NCBI GenBank assembly: GCA_044070495.1
Contig: JBIPSI010000026.1
Coordinates: 12,416 to 76,415 of the forward strand
Reading direction: 5' to 3'
DNA length: 64,000 nt
Source of the DNA: Spirulina sp.
Lineage (GTDB): Bacteria; Cyanobacteriota; Cyanobacteriia; Phormidesmidales; Phormidesmidaceae
The notes beneath the pieces are model-generated. The model was not told the origin of the DNA. It saw only the letters and a list, made by a program, of their open reading frames with translations, and ran no database searches. Each line of letters starts with the position of its first letter. Position 1 is the stretch's first letter. Positions 20,127-30,374 of this stretch are shown in pieces. Both the position numbers and the translations under genes were made by a program.

Positions 20127-20729
20127 ATGACCCGCCTGCCCCTGCCCCTGCGCCCCCTGATGGCTGCGACCCTAGCCCTGTCCCTGGCCACCGCCTGCAC
20201 CCCCGCCTCCAACTCCAATCAGCCCACTGCCCCCGAATCCGGTGCTGAACAGGGGGTTGATCCTGACCAAGCCATGGCCCTCGCCCTAACGGGGGAAGGT
20301 TTGTTTTTGGTGGAAGTGGAAACCGGATCCACCACCCTGCTGCCCTTTGGCATGGAAATGGCCACCGTCCAATCTGCTGTGGCCGACCTGTTGGGCAATC
20401 CAGAGACCGTGAGCGCCAATGAGGAATGTCCTGGCGACCCCTTTGTCAGTGCCCTATGGGCCGATGGCCTGGTGCTGAATGCCGACGGAGAAGCGTTTGT
20501 GGGCTGGTCGGTGCGGCCTGAGATGGGTAGCGATCAATTCACCACCCTGGCGGGGGTGGGCGTAGGATCGAGTCGCCAAGATTTGGAGGCGGTCTATACC
20601 GTTGAGGTGTTTGAGAGCACCCTCGGCACCGAATTCATCGCCGGAGAACTGGCGGGTCTTTTGTCTGATCCCGCTGCCGACGCTGAAATCACCAACTTCT
20701 GGGCCGGGACGGTGTGTGTTTTCCGGTAG
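20127..20729 (+). CDS. Hypothetical lipoprotein
   Basis: Signal peptide with a lipobox-like LATAC. Confidence 0.7.
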   Translation: MTRLPLPLRPLMAATLALSLATACTPASNSNQPTAPESGAEQGVDPDQAMALALTGEGLFLVEVETGSTTLLPFGMEMATVQSAVADLLGNPETVSANEECPGDPFVSALWADGLVLNADGEAFVGWSVRPEMGSDQFTTLAGVGVGSSRQDLEAVYTVEVFESTLGTEFIAGELAGLLSDPAADAEITNFWAGTVCVFR

Positions 20730-20763
20730 GACGCTCCCCCCAGTCAACACCCCGGAAAATACC

Positions 20764-21393
20764 CTAGCGAATGGCCCCAAGGGTGTTTTTCCAGCTCAGT
20801 TCTTTGCCTAGGATGCGTAGGGCCTTTTGCTCGTCGTCGCTGAAGAGATGGCTGTCTACTAAGTCGGCCAAAACCTGCTGGGCCAGTTGGGAGGCAAACA
20901 GCCCCCCGGATCGTAGCAAGTGGCTGTAGTAGCTGAATTGCGATTGGCCCTCGGCGCTGCGGTGAAACTGGTAAATTTCGGTGTCAGTCATTTTGTAAAC
21001 GGCGGTGTTAGCGGGCACCACCACGCGGGGAATACCGTGGAAGCCGTAGCGCCCTTGATCGCCCTCCACAAAGTTGCCGACCAAGACGGTACCCAGCAGA
21101 GTGCGGGTTTCCTGCACTAGGTCGGGGGTAAACAGCGGGTCGGGTTCGCTGGAGAGTCGGGGGCCATTGTTGAGAAACAGCGGGTTAAACAGTTGGGAGT
21201 TGTAGACCAGGCCCACAGCCCAGTGGCGGCTGTCGTTGTCGAAGCTAACAAATTGGCCAAAGCCGCAGTCTTCTGGACAGGGTGGGCTGACCACATCCTG
21301 GGCATCGTCTACCTGCACCACATAGTCGCAGTGGGAGTTGGACTTCACGACTTTGCCAATGCGGCAACGACTCACCTGGGAAAAAAGATCCAT
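20764..21393 (-). CDS. HAS-barrel-like domain protein
   Basis: IGKVVKSNSHCDYVVQV...FGQFV pattern typical of HerA/NurA-associated HAS-barrel proteins. Confidence 0.6.
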   Translation of the reverse strand: MDLFSQVSRCRIGKVVKSNSHCDYVVQVDDAQDVVSPPCPEDCGFGQFVSFDNDSRHWAVGLVYNSQLFNPLFLNNGPRLSSEPDPLFTPDLVQETRTLLGTVLVGNFVEGDQGRYGFHGIPRVVVPANTAVYKMTDTEIYQFHRSAEGQSQFSYYSHLLRSGGLFASQLAQQVLADLVDSHLFSDDEQKALRILGKELSWKNTLGAIR

Positions 21394-21657
21394 AGGCTCC
21401 AACCATTGGGACGGGGTTGGTCACCATTCTAGGAGAAATAGGGCCTTCCCCTGCCCTCGGAGTCGGGGAAGGCTGGCCTCGCAGACGGGATGGGCCTATC
21501 CGTATCTTCACGGATTTTTCGCCCCTCAGAGCAAACTGACCATCCCCGGTAGGAAAATAGAAAATAGTTTTGTTTTGTAATCCCTCCATCCCCCAGCGGG
21601 AGGAGATGGTCATACTAACGGAGGGAGCTTTGGCTTCCCCGGACTGTCCCCTATGCT

Positions 21658-24513
21658 ATGTCCATGAATTCCACCCTGCCAAAGCTGTCTCCAGAGGCAA
21701 TTCTCGACCTTGTGGCTGAGATGACCCTTCAAAGCCAGCGGGGCATGGCGGCGTCAGAAATTATACAGCGTGCAGCCACCCAGACGAGGGAAAGCCTCCA
21801 GGCGGATCGCGTCTTAATCTATCGGTTTTCGGCCCAGGCCGAGTCCACATCCACCGTTGTCTTTGAAGCCGCTACCCCAGCCATCCCCTCCCTACTGGGG
21901 CAGCGGGTGATGGATCCCCTGGCGGGATCCGCGTGGCGACCCTACTATCAACGGCGACAGTCCGTGGCCCTAGCCGACCCAGACGGGGTGCTCTCTCCCG
22001 AAGACATCGCCCAGTGGCAGCGATTGCAGATTCGTTCCGCCCTCGCCGCCCCCCTTTTTTTGGGAAAAGATCTATGGGGGCTGTGGGTCGTACAGCACAG
22101 CCATCAACCCCACCCTTGGCACCCCCTAGAAATCCAGTTCCTAGAGCACGTCGCTCTCCATGGCGGGAATTGGGTATCTCAGTTAGACAGCACCGCCGCC
22201 CCCGCTAGGCCATCCGACCGTGGGCCGCAAGCCCTAGAAACCGCTGAGGCCACACAACGGGTCGAAAGCCGCTGGCAGTCTGCCCTAGAGGGGGCTGGGG
22301 CTGGGGTGTGGGACTGGAATATGCACACCAACCAGGTCTTCTATTCACGCCAGTGGAAGGCCCATCTGGGCTACACCGAGGCCGAGGTGGGAACAGATTT
22401 TACCGAGTGGGACAGCCGCGTGCATCCCGAGGATAAGGCCCGCACCTATGCGGCCCTAGAGGATCACATCCAGGGCCACACCGAGCACTACCAAAGCGAG
22501 CACCGCCTCCGCTGCAAAGACGGCAGCTATAAATGGATGCTGGATCGGGGCCAGGTGATTGAACGCACCCCAGAGGGCCAGCCCCAACGCATGATTGGCA
22601 TTAACCACGACATCACCGACCACAAGCGCATTGAATCGGCCCTGCGCCAAAGCGAAGAAGCCCTGCGGGAAAGCCGCAACAAATACCAAACCCTCTTTGA
22701 AACGCTACCCCTCGGCATTGCCATCACCGATGCCCAGGGCCAATTGTTGGAAGCTAACCCAGCCTCCGAACAGTTGCTAGGACTTAGCATTAGCGAACAA
22801 ACCACCCGCACCTACGATGCCCCCGATTGGCAGATCATCCGCCCCGACGGTAGCCCCATGCCCGCCTCGGAGTACGCCAGCGTACGCGCCCTGAAGGAAA
22901 ACTGCTTTATCAACGATGTGGAAATGGGCATTGTGCGGCCCGATGGCAACGTCACTTGGATCAGCGTCAGCGCCGCCCCTATTCCCCTGGAACAGTATGG
23001 GGTGGCCATTGGCTACGTGGATATCACGATCCGCAAACAATTGGAGCAGTCCCTGGCCCACGATATTCAGGAACGGCTGCATACCGAAGCCCAGTTGCGT
23101 CTGCACAGTGCGGCCCTAGAAGCCTGTGCCGATGCCGTGGTAATTACCGATGTGCAGGGTCGGGTGGAATGGGCAAACCCCGCCTTTACCGCCATCACCC
23201 GATACACCTTGGCCGATGCGGTGGGCAAAAACCCACGGGAACTGGTGAAGTCGGGCCAGCATTCTGAGCATTTTTATCAGCAACTTTGGAAAACTATTTT
23301 GTCAGGCCAGTGCTGGCGAGGGGAAATGATTAACCGCCGTAAAGACGGCAGCCTTTACCATGAATCTTCCACCATCACCCCTGTGTTCAACACCGAGGGT
23401 AAAATCCAACATTTCATTGCCATAAAGCAGGACATTTCAGAACGAAAATTAATTGAATTGACCCTGCGGCAGCAATCTGAACGGGAGCGCATGATTCAGG
23501 TCATTACCCACCGCATTCGTCAAACCCTAGATTTGAATCAAATCTTGGAAACCACCGTAGATGAAGTTTGTCATTTTTTGGATGTAGATCGAGTCATTAT
23601 TTATCGTTTTAATTCTGATAAACGCCGTATCGTCATTGCAGAGTCTGTCGCCCATCCCTGGCCCTCTGCCCTTGGCTTTGAAATGCCAGAGGCCTACTTC
23701 TTTGAGCTAGAAAATAGCCTGCTCTACCAGGGCTATATTGAGGCTATTGATGACGTGAATAAGGCGACCCTTCAGCCCTGTCATCACCAAGTGTTAACCG
23801 ACCTTCAGGTGCAGGCTAAACTCATGGTTCCCCTCTGGCAAGGGGAGGCAATTTGGGGCATGATGGTGGCCCATCAGTGTCGATCTCCACGGGTGTGGCA
23901 ACCCCTAGATCGAGGCTGTTTAATGCAGCTTTCGGTGCAGGTGGAAATCGCTATTCATCAGTCGGAGCTGTATCACCAACTGGAGCAGGCCAACCAAGAA
24001 CTCGAACAGCTCGCAACCCAGGATGGTCTTACCCAAATTGCTAATCGCCGCACCTTTAATCGAGTGCTAGAGCGGGAATGGGAACGGATGCAGCGGGATC
24101 AAAAACCCCTTTCGCTACTGTTGATTGATGTGGATCATTTCAAGCACTACAACGACCACTATGGCCACCAGGCAGGTGATCACTGCCTCTACCAAGTCGC
24201 CCAAGTTTTAAAGCAATCGGCCCAGCGTCCGGCGGATTTGGTGGCCCGCTATGGTGGCGAAGAATTTGCTGTTTTGCTACCCCAAACCGATACCAGAGGC
24301 GCTATTGAAGTAGCCCAGACCATCCAACGCCTCCTTCACGACCTAGCTGTTGAGCATCGCTATTCCCCCATCAGCCTCCAAGTGACCGTCAGCATAGGGC
24401 TGGGCACCATCATTCCCAGTTCCACCGCATCTATGGATGAGTGGGTTTACCACACCGACCAAGCCCTCTATGCCGCCAAGGCCCAAGGTCGCAACAGCTA
24501 TGTTCAGGCTTAG
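21658..24513 (+). CDS. GAF-PAS-PAS-PAS-GAF-GGDEF diguanylate cyclase
   Basis: Two GAF domains (ADRVLIYRF, VDRVIIYRF), PAS/PAC motifs (HPED, KDGS, RPDG), I-site RPAD and GGEEF. Confidence 0.93.
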   Translation: MSMNSTLPKLSPEAILDLVAEMTLQSQRGMAASEIIQRAATQTRESLQADRVLIYRFSAQAESTSTVVFEAATPAIPSLLGQRVMDPLAGSAWRPYYQRRQSVALADPDGVLSPEDIAQWQRLQIRSALAAPLFLGKDLWGLWVVQHSHQPHPWHPLEIQFLEHVALHGGNWVSQLDSTAAPARPSDRGPQALETAEATQRVESRWQSALEGAGAGVWDWNMHTNQVFYSRQWKAHLGYTEAEVGTDFTEWDSRVHPEDKARTYAALEDHIQGHTEHYQSEHRLRCKDGSYKWMLDRGQVIERTPEGQPQRMIGINHDITDHKRIESALRQSEEALRESRNKYQTLFETLPLGIAITDAQGQLLEANPASEQLLGLSISEQTTRTYDAPDWQIIRPDGSPMPASEYASVRALKENCFINDVEMGIVRPDGNVTWISVSAAPIPLEQYGVAIGYVDITIRKQLEQSLAHDIQERLHTEAQLRLHSAALEACADAVVITDVQGRVEWANPAFTAITRYTLADAVGKNPRELVKSGQHSEHFYQQLWKTILSGQCWRGEMINRRKDGSLYHESSTITPVFNTEGKIQHFIAIKQDISERKLIELTLRQQSERERMIQVITHRIRQTLDLNQILETTVDEVCHFLDVDRVIIYRFNSDKRRIVIAESVAHPWPSALGFEMPEAYFFELENSLLYQGYIEAIDDVNKATLQPCHHQVLTDLQVQAKLMVPLWQGEAIWGMMVAHQCRSPRVWQPLDRGCLMQLSVQVEIAIHQSELYHQLEQANQELEQLATQDGLTQIANRRTFNRVLEREWERMQRDQKPLSLLLIDVDHFKHYNDHYGHQAGDHCLYQVAQVLKQSAQRPADLVARYGGEEFAVLLPQTDTRGAIEVAQTIQRLLHDLAVEHRYSPISLQVTVSIGLGTIIPSSTASMDEWVYHTDQALYAAKAQGRNSYVQA

Positions 24514-24736
24514 ACGACCATCGCCCTGCCACCCTCCGACACCTAGCCCATCGTGCGCGGCCCAGCCTGTTTAGATGACCTAGGGCAGATCCGCTGATCG
24601 GGCCAATTTAGCGGTAACGATTCTTCTCAAGGCAACCAATCGCGACGATTCCAGCATCCGCCATGGATCGCGATAATTCTTCAACGGCCTGCTGAATAGG
24701 GATTCCAACCCTTACGGCCTTGGCGCTCAGACTAGC

Positions 24737-24818
24737 TTGACACAAAACTTAATATTTTTCTATTGAGAATCATTCCGATTTGTGGTGAGATGGGCTTGTT
24801 GAATTTAGTTCTCAATAA
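24737..24818 (+). promoter_or_regulatory. isiA promoter with Fur-box-like elements
   Basis: TTGACA at 24737, followed by TATTGAGAATCATTC (24761-24775) and an inverted TTCTCAATAA near 24808-24818. Confidence 0.6.
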
Positions 24819-24861
24819 GCCCTGGCTAAACTGAGGGCCGTTGCCATAGGATGTCTTCATC

Positions 24862-25887
24862 ATGCAAACCTACGGAAATACTGACGTTACCTACGACTGG
24901 TGGGCCGGAAACGCCCGCTTTGCAAACCTTTCGGGCCTATTCATTGCGGCCCATGTCGCCCAAGCTGCCCTAATTGCCCTCTGGGCCGGGGCCTTCACCC
25001 TGTACGAACTCTCTTGGTTTGATCCGGCCCTACCCCTGGGCGAACAGGGGTTAATCCTGCTGCCTCACCTGGCCACCTTGGGTCTGGGAATTGGCGATGG
25101 TGGCCTGATTGTGGATACCGAACCCTACTTTGTGGTGGGGGTGGTGCACCTGATTTCCTCGGCAGTGCTGGGGGCGGGGGCGTTGTTCCACACCGTTAAA
25201 GCCCCCGCCGACCTCAAGCAAGCCGAGGGCTGGGCGCGGCGCTTCCATTTCGAGTGGGAAAACCCAGCCCAATTAGGAATGATTCTCGGTCATCACCTGT
25301 TGTTTTTGGGGGCAGGGGCGCTGCTTCTCGTCGCCAAAGCCACCACCTGGGGCGGGTTGTACGATGCCACTCAGCAAACCGTGCGCCTAGTGCAGCCCAC
25401 CCTCGATCCCTGGGTGATCTACGGCTACCAAACCCACTTTGCCAGCATTAGCAGCCTGGAGGATTTGGTCGGTGGACACCTCTATGTGGGCGTTCTGCTG
25501 CTGGCTGGGGGCCTCTGGCACATTCTGGTGCCGCCGATGAAGTGGGCCAAAAACCTGCTGATGTTCTCCGGCGAGGCGATTTTGTCCTATTCCCTAGGGG
25601 GCATTGCCCTGGCGGGTTTCGTAGCCGCCTACTTCTGTGCCGTTAACACCTTGGCCTACCCCGTGGAATTTTACGGCCCGCCGCTGACGGTCAAACTCGG
25701 CATCATGCCCTACTTTGCTGACACCGTGGTTCTGCCGCTAAATGCCCACACCTCCCGCTGTTGGCTGGCCAATGCCCACTTCATCCTGGCCTTCCTGTTT
25801 TTGCAAGGGCACCTGTGGCACGCCCTGCGAGCTATTGGATTCGACTTCCGGCGCGTTGAACAAGCCCTGAGCGCCATCGAATCCTAA
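24862..25887 (+). CDS. isiA: Iron-stress-induced chlorophyll-binding protein (CP43')
   Basis: MQTYGN...WWAGNARF, six TM helices, lacks the large CP43 lumenal loop, upstream of flavodoxin. Confidence 0.95.
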   Translation: MQTYGNTDVTYDWWAGNARFANLSGLFIAAHVAQAALIALWAGAFTLYELSWFDPALPLGEQGLILLPHLATLGLGIGDGGLIVDTEPYFVVGVVHLISSAVLGAGALFHTVKAPADLKQAEGWARRFHFEWENPAQLGMILGHHLLFLGAGALLLVAKATTWGGLYDATQQTVRLVQPTLDPWVIYGYQTHFASISSLEDLVGGHLYVGVLLLAGGLWHILVPPMKWAKNLLMFSGEAILSYSLGGIALAGFVAAYFCAVNTLAYPVEFYGPPLTVKLGIMPYFADTVVLPLNAHTSRCWLANAHFILAFLFLQGHLWHALRAIGFDFRRVEQALSAIES

Positions 25888-26005
25888 TCCCGTTGGATCC
25901 GTTCTCCTCTCTCTCTCTTTGGGGGGCATTTATAGGCTCCAACATCCTGCCCCCCTTTTCTCTTCCTTTGATGTTTTAGATACAGTCATTCAGGTCGTCA
26001 AACTA

Positions 26006-26518
26006 ATGAGTAAAATTGGTCTTTTCTACGGCACCCAAACCGGAAACACCGAAACCCTAGCCCAGGCCATCCAAGCCGAATTTGGTGGCGATAGCGTTGT
26101 CACACTCCACGACATTGCCAACGCCAGTACCGATGATTTTGCGGACTATAGCTGCTTAATTGTGGGCTGTCCTACTTGGAATATCGGCGAACTCCAGGCC
26201 GACTGGGAAGGCTTTTATGACGAGCTAGACGAGATTGACTTTAGCGATAAAAACGTGGCCTACTTCGGTGCTGGCGATCAAATTGGCTATGCCGATAACT
26301 TCCAAGATGCTATGGGTATTCTGGCCGAAAAAATTAGCTCTCTCGGCGGCACCACCGTCGGACAATGGCCCACAGACGGCTACGACTTTAACGAATCCAA
26401 AGCCGTGAAAAATGGTAAATTTGTTGGCCTTGCCCTAGACGAAGACAATCAGCCCGAACTCACCAAAACCCGAATTTCTACCTGGGTAGCCCAAGTCAAA
26501 ACCGCCTTTGGTATCTAG
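26006..26518 (+). CDS. isiB: Flavodoxin
   Basis: GLFYGTQTGNT, GCPTWNIG, FGAGDQIGYADNF, FVGLALDEDNQ. Confidence 0.97.
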   Translation: MSKIGLFYGTQTGNTETLAQAIQAEFGGDSVVTLHDIANASTDDFADYSCLIVGCPTWNIGELQADWEGFYDELDEIDFSDKNVAYFGAGDQIGYADNFQDAMGILAEKISSLGGTTVGQWPTDGYDFNESKAVKNGKFVGLALDEDNQPELTKTRISTWVAQVKTAFGI

Positions 26519-26571
26519 TTATCAACCCATTAGGAATTGGGGATATCCAATACACAATTGGAGATACATAA

Positions 26572-26721
26572 TATAGCGGATTTCACTTGGATAAAGTCCA
26601 TGGAGATGATCCCCCCTGCCCCCCTTACTAAGGGGGGTGCAGAGTGAAATCTAGACCGCTAGGCCCTGGGGGGATCTAGAACCCAGCAACGGTATATCTC
26701 ACGCTATCGAGAACCGCTACA
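26572..26721. mobile_element. ~150-bp MITE-like element, family C copy 1
   Basis: Ends TATAGCGG / CCGCTAC(A), internal CCCCCCTTACTAAGGGGGG hairpin. A related copy lies at 55450-55598. Confidence 0.7.
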
Positions 26722-26735
26722 TCTCCAATGTCTAC

Positions 26736-26792
26736 CCCATCAACCCATCAACCCGTCAACCCCATCAACCCGTAGGGGCAAGGTCTCCTCGC
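26736..26792 (+). repeat. Short tandem (C)CCATCAAC repeats followed by a GTAG-REP-like element
   Basis: About four 8-9-nt units, then GTAGGGGCAAGGTCTCCTCGC. Confidence 0.65.
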
Positions 26793-26922
26793 TCTGCCAC
26801 TCCCAACGCAGACTATCAATACCCTAGGGACGCAATCTTCTCACCTTTCCCATCCGATTCTATATGCCCTGATTGACCCGCTCTTTTTGACGACTTTCCT
26901 CCCTAACCCAAAGCCCATTCCT

Positions 26923-27681
26923 ATGCTCCAATCCACCCAGCCCGAAGCCCTTTGGCTCAACGTTAGCCCTAGTTTTCAGCGGTTTGATCAAGCGCTTTTA
27001 AAAGTGCTGGCCCGCCACATTGATATTTCCCACTGGGCCTATCGCCAAACCCCCGACGAACCCAGTTCCCTGGCCGTCGCCCTAGATTTGCTGCACGATT
27101 TTATGGCAGACCAAACCAGCCCCCTGCACCTAATTGGCCACGGCACGAGCGGACTGGTGGGTTTGCTCTATGCCCGTCAATGCCCGGAGCGGGTGCGTTC
27201 CCTCACCCTGCTTTCCGTGGGCGTGAACCCCATGGTGGATTGGCAAGCCCATTACTATGCCCAACTCGAAGCCCTGCCCTGTTCCCGTCAGCGGGTGTTG
27301 GCGCAGATGGCTTATACCCTGTTTGGCCACCAGGCTCGCCCCTTGGTGAGCGGCTGGGTGCGATTGCTGGAGCAGGATTTGGCCCATTCCCCCTCGCCCC
27401 ATTCCCTTTGGAAGCGCCCCAGTTCCTTTCCTGGCCAGGTGCCCGTACCGATGATGGTGTGCGGCAGTGGGGATGATGCGGTGGTGGATCCGGCCCAAAT
27501 TCAAGGCTGGCAACCCTGGCTAAAACCGGGGGATCGGCTATGGCAATGCCCCGGTGGGCGACACTTCTTTCATGCTTCCCATCCCGAAGCCGTGGCCCAG
27601 GAGGTACTGAAATTTTGGCAAGTTCCCACCGCCCTTCTACCCCAAGACATCTTTTGTCTCGCTAGTCTGCGCGATGCCTAG
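26923..27681 (+). CDS. Alpha/beta hydrolase-fold protein (IsiC-like)
   Basis: LHLIGHGTSG nucleophile-elbow-like motif and GRHFFH. Position after isiAB matches Synechocystis isiABC. Confidence 0.7.
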   Translation: MLQSTQPEALWLNVSPSFQRFDQALLKVLARHIDISHWAYRQTPDEPSSLAVALDLLHDFMADQTSPLHLIGHGTSGLVGLLYARQCPERVRSLTLLSVGVNPMVDWQAHYYAQLEALPCSRQRVLAQMAYTLFGHQARPLVSGWVRLLEQDLAHSPSPHSLWKRPSSFPGQVPVPMMVCGSGDDAVVDPAQIQGWQPWLKPGDRLWQCPGGRHFFHASHPEAVAQEVLKFWQVPTALLPQDIFCLASLRDA

Positions 27682-27706
27682 AACAAGTCATCATCCCCAA
27701 GCCTCC

Positions 27707-27771
27707 AGAACCCCGGTGTTTAGGCTTGATGACCAGGGATTTCAGGCCAGCGCAGTAGAAACCGGGGTTTT
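27707..27771. repeat. Dispersed palindromic repeat, family B (diverged copy)
   Basis: AGAACCCCGGTGTTT...AGAAACCGGGGTTTT. Confidence 0.55.
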
Positions 27772-27917
27772 AGCCCATGGCACGCACCCGCCCAATCTCG
27801 GAAACATTCATCAGGATGTAGCCGCAAACGAGCGAGATCCCCGTTACCAAGGCGAATCTGCTGATTCAATGGCACCATGGAAACAGCGTCATTGCCATGA
27901 AAAAAGGGACATAACGA

Positions 27918-28586
27918 ATGGTTCGGTTGCGTCAGGTGTTGATAGGAATTTGTCTGTTGGGGATCATGGCGTGGATGTGGGATGCCCTGCCCTACTACGC
28001 CACCGCCGATTCCCTATCCAATCAGCCCCCCTCTACCGCAGATGCCGCCGTCGAAGACGCCTTGGCCACCGCCACCTTTGCCGGGGGCTGTTTTTGGTGC
28101 ATGGAAAAACCCTTTGATGCCCTAGAAGGTGTGGTCGCGACGACCTCTGGTTACACGGGTGGCACCGTCGAAAATCCCAGCTACGAGCAGGTTTCCGCTG
28201 GCGGGACGGGCCATGTGGAAGCCGTGCAAGTCACCTATGATCCGGCCCAGGTCACCTACGATGCTCTGCTGTCGGTGTTTTGGCAGAACGTAGATCCCCT
28301 AGACAACCGGGGCCAGTTTTGCGACAAGGGCAGCCAATATCGGGCCAAAATCTTCGTGCAAACCGATCAAGAGCGCCAGCTTGCCGAGGACTCTAAGCAA
28401 GCCCTAGCCAGCCGCTTTGGCAACCAGCCCATTGCCACCGTCATCGAACCCGCCCAGTCCTTCTATGCCGCCGAAGACTACCACCAGGACTACTACCTCA
28501 AACATCCCGTGCGCTACAACTTTTACCGGACGGCCTGCGGTCGCGATAAGCGCCTAGCCGAGGTTTGGGGGACAACAGCCCACTAA
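27918..28586 (+). CDS. msrA: Peptide-methionine (S)-S-oxide reductase, exported type
   Basis: FAGGCFWC, GHVEAVQV, AEDYHQDY, and an N-terminal signal/TM segment. Confidence 0.95.
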   Translation: MVRLRQVLIGICLLGIMAWMWDALPYYATADSLSNQPPSTADAAVEDALATATFAGGCFWCMEKPFDALEGVVATTSGYTGGTVENPSYEQVSAGGTGHVEAVQVTYDPAQVTYDALLSVFWQNVDPLDNRGQFCDKGSQYRAKIFVQTDQERQLAEDSKQALASRFGNQPIATVIEPAQSFYAAEDYHQDYYLKHPVRYNFYRTACGRDKRLAEVWGTTAH

Positions 28587-28702
28587 CGCGACGACTTGGG
28601 AACCATAGCATTAGAAGGGCAAGGGAAACCTTCCCCTGCTGAGGGTTGGGGTGGCCATTGGGGGAATGGGATTCGGGGGTGATATTGGGCTTTCCATCCT
28701 GG

Positions 28703-29275
28703 CTACCACTGGCGGGGGGTAAAGGTACCGTCGTTGAGAATTACCACGCTATCCCCAGACTGGGCCAGCACAAACAGCCCCTGGCGGTAGGCATAGCGAG
28801 CTACGGCATCGGGTACCACCATCCCGGCCACGGCTCCCATGGCGTTGACATCAGCATAGCGGGGCATCAGCCGCTTAAATTTACTCAGTCGTTCTAGGTG
28901 TTCGTTGACGTGGGTTTCCGTAAGCTTGCTTTTGACTTCGACCAGCACCGCCTCCGTGGTATTCACCACTAGTAGGTCGATTTCAATGCCCTCATTGCCG
29001 CGCTGCACCGAGACCCCATCATGGAACTCGTGGACGGCGATACCCCGTTCTTGAAACAGCCGCACCACCGCCGGACGCACCTGCCATTCCACAAACTCGC
29101 CCAAGCGGTTACCCAGCTTGCCCAGTTGCTCATTTAAATGCTGGTTTTGCTGTTTGATGATCCGCCGAGTTTCCTCAAGCTGACGATCCGTTTCCTGGAA
29201 CCGCCGTTCGGTTTCCTTTTGGGCCTCTGCTAATTCGCCCAACAAACGCCAGACATCATCCGCCGTAGTGGCCAT
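28703..29275 (-). CDS. Coiled-coil + PD-(D/E)XK protein (DUF3782-like)
   Basis: ETERRFQETDRQ coiled coil and EIDLLVVN...VEVKSKL. Confidence 0.8.
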   Translation of the reverse strand: MATTADDVWRLLGELAEAQKETERRFQETDRQLEETRRIIKQQNQHLNEQLGKLGNRLGEFVEWQVRPAVVRLFQERGIAVHEFHDGVSVQRGNEGIEIDLLVVNTTEAVLVEVKSKLTETHVNEHLERLSKFKRLMPRYADVNAMGAVAGMVVPDAVARYAYRQGLFVLAQSGDSVVILNDGTFTPRQW

Positions 29276-29437
29276 AGGCTTGTCTCTGATCGGTCAGTAT
29301 CGGTGTACTCCTATGCTAGCACTGCCCCCAAGCTATCGATCCGTCCTTGCCCTGGTGATCAAAGCCTTGCTTTCAGAGACGGCTAGGCTCTAGTGCCCCT
29401 CAATTCTAGTGACTGTTGACCCTAGTGTCCCTTAATT

Positions 29438-29947
29438 CTAGCGACCGTTGATCTGGTCACCGATGCGCTGGTAGAGGTCGGCATCTTGGTCGGATTGCTC
29501 TAGGATTTCGTTGAATCGATCCACTGAAAGTCCAGTTTTTTCAATGGCTTGAGCCATGGTTTCTTCGGCCCCTTGGCGCAGGGTCGCAATACGTCCGATG
29601 GCGGATTCAAATTTTTGGGCGATCTCGGCGTCGGCGGGGGGCGCATTGTCTTCGAGGGACTTTTCAGCCAGGGCGTTGAATTCATCCACCGTTAGCCCTT
29701 CGGTTTCTACGGCGTCAGCCATTTTGTCCTCGGCTTCGCTCCGAATGGTTTGGATGGATTGATAGGCCTTGGCAAATTTCTTGATGTCGCCAGCGGGTAC
29801 CGGAGTGGCTTCCAACAGGTGGGGCGTGCTGAAGGCGGGGGCAAGGGCGACGGGTAGGCCAGCGGCTTGGGCCATGCTGGGATAGATACCTAGGCTAAGG
29901 GCAACACCTAATACCAGTGCAAGGAGAAATCTGACCATGGCTGACAT
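29438..29947 (-). CDS. Exported DUF4168-like protein
   Basis: Signal peptide and duplicated GL(T/S)VD(E/R)FN motif. The start is uncertain (29947 or 29938). Confidence 0.7.
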   Translation of the reverse strand: MSAMVRFLLALVLGVALSLGIYPSMAQAAGLPVALAPAFSTPHLLEATPVPAGDIKKFAKAYQSIQTIRSEAEDKMADAVETEGLTVDEFNALAEKSLEDNAPPADAEIAQKFESAIGRIATLRQGAEETMAQAIEKTGLSVDRFNEILEQSDQDADLYQRIGDQINGR

Positions 29948-30374
29948 CCTAATAAAACGGATTGAACAAGGGTGTAAGGGTGGCGCAGCGTAAAGCATTG
30001 GGTCATTGGGCTTATCGGTTACCCGCATCGCCAGGAGCATTAACCGTGGCCTGATCCACTTTGCCAAGGTCAGCCTAGCGCGAAAGCCGAACTCGATCAA
30101 AGGGTGGGGTGTTGGAGCCGAGGCCCGTTTCCAGGGGGCGACAATGGCCCTAATGGTTGACCTAATGGTTTAAACGTGAAGCAGGGGGCGGCGGCGGGTT
30201 CGCGGTGGAGGGATTGCGGAGGGATGGGTCACGGCGGCGGCCCCCAGACGGTCTAGACTCGTAACGTGACCTGTGAGTTGTTTTGTCTACAAATCCGTCA
30301 TCTGCAACGCGTCATCTGTCACCCGTTGTCTGCAACTCCGTCACTTGTAACCCATCTTCTATTGTCTTGGCGAG

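Noticed and set aside
24862..25887. IsrR-like antisense RNA within isiA
   Set aside because: Known from Synechocystis, but no promoter or terminator evidence can be resolved here from sequence alone.
27674..28117. 147-aa ORF overlapping msrA
   Set aside because: It spans a repeat element and overlaps msrA out of frame, with no motifs.
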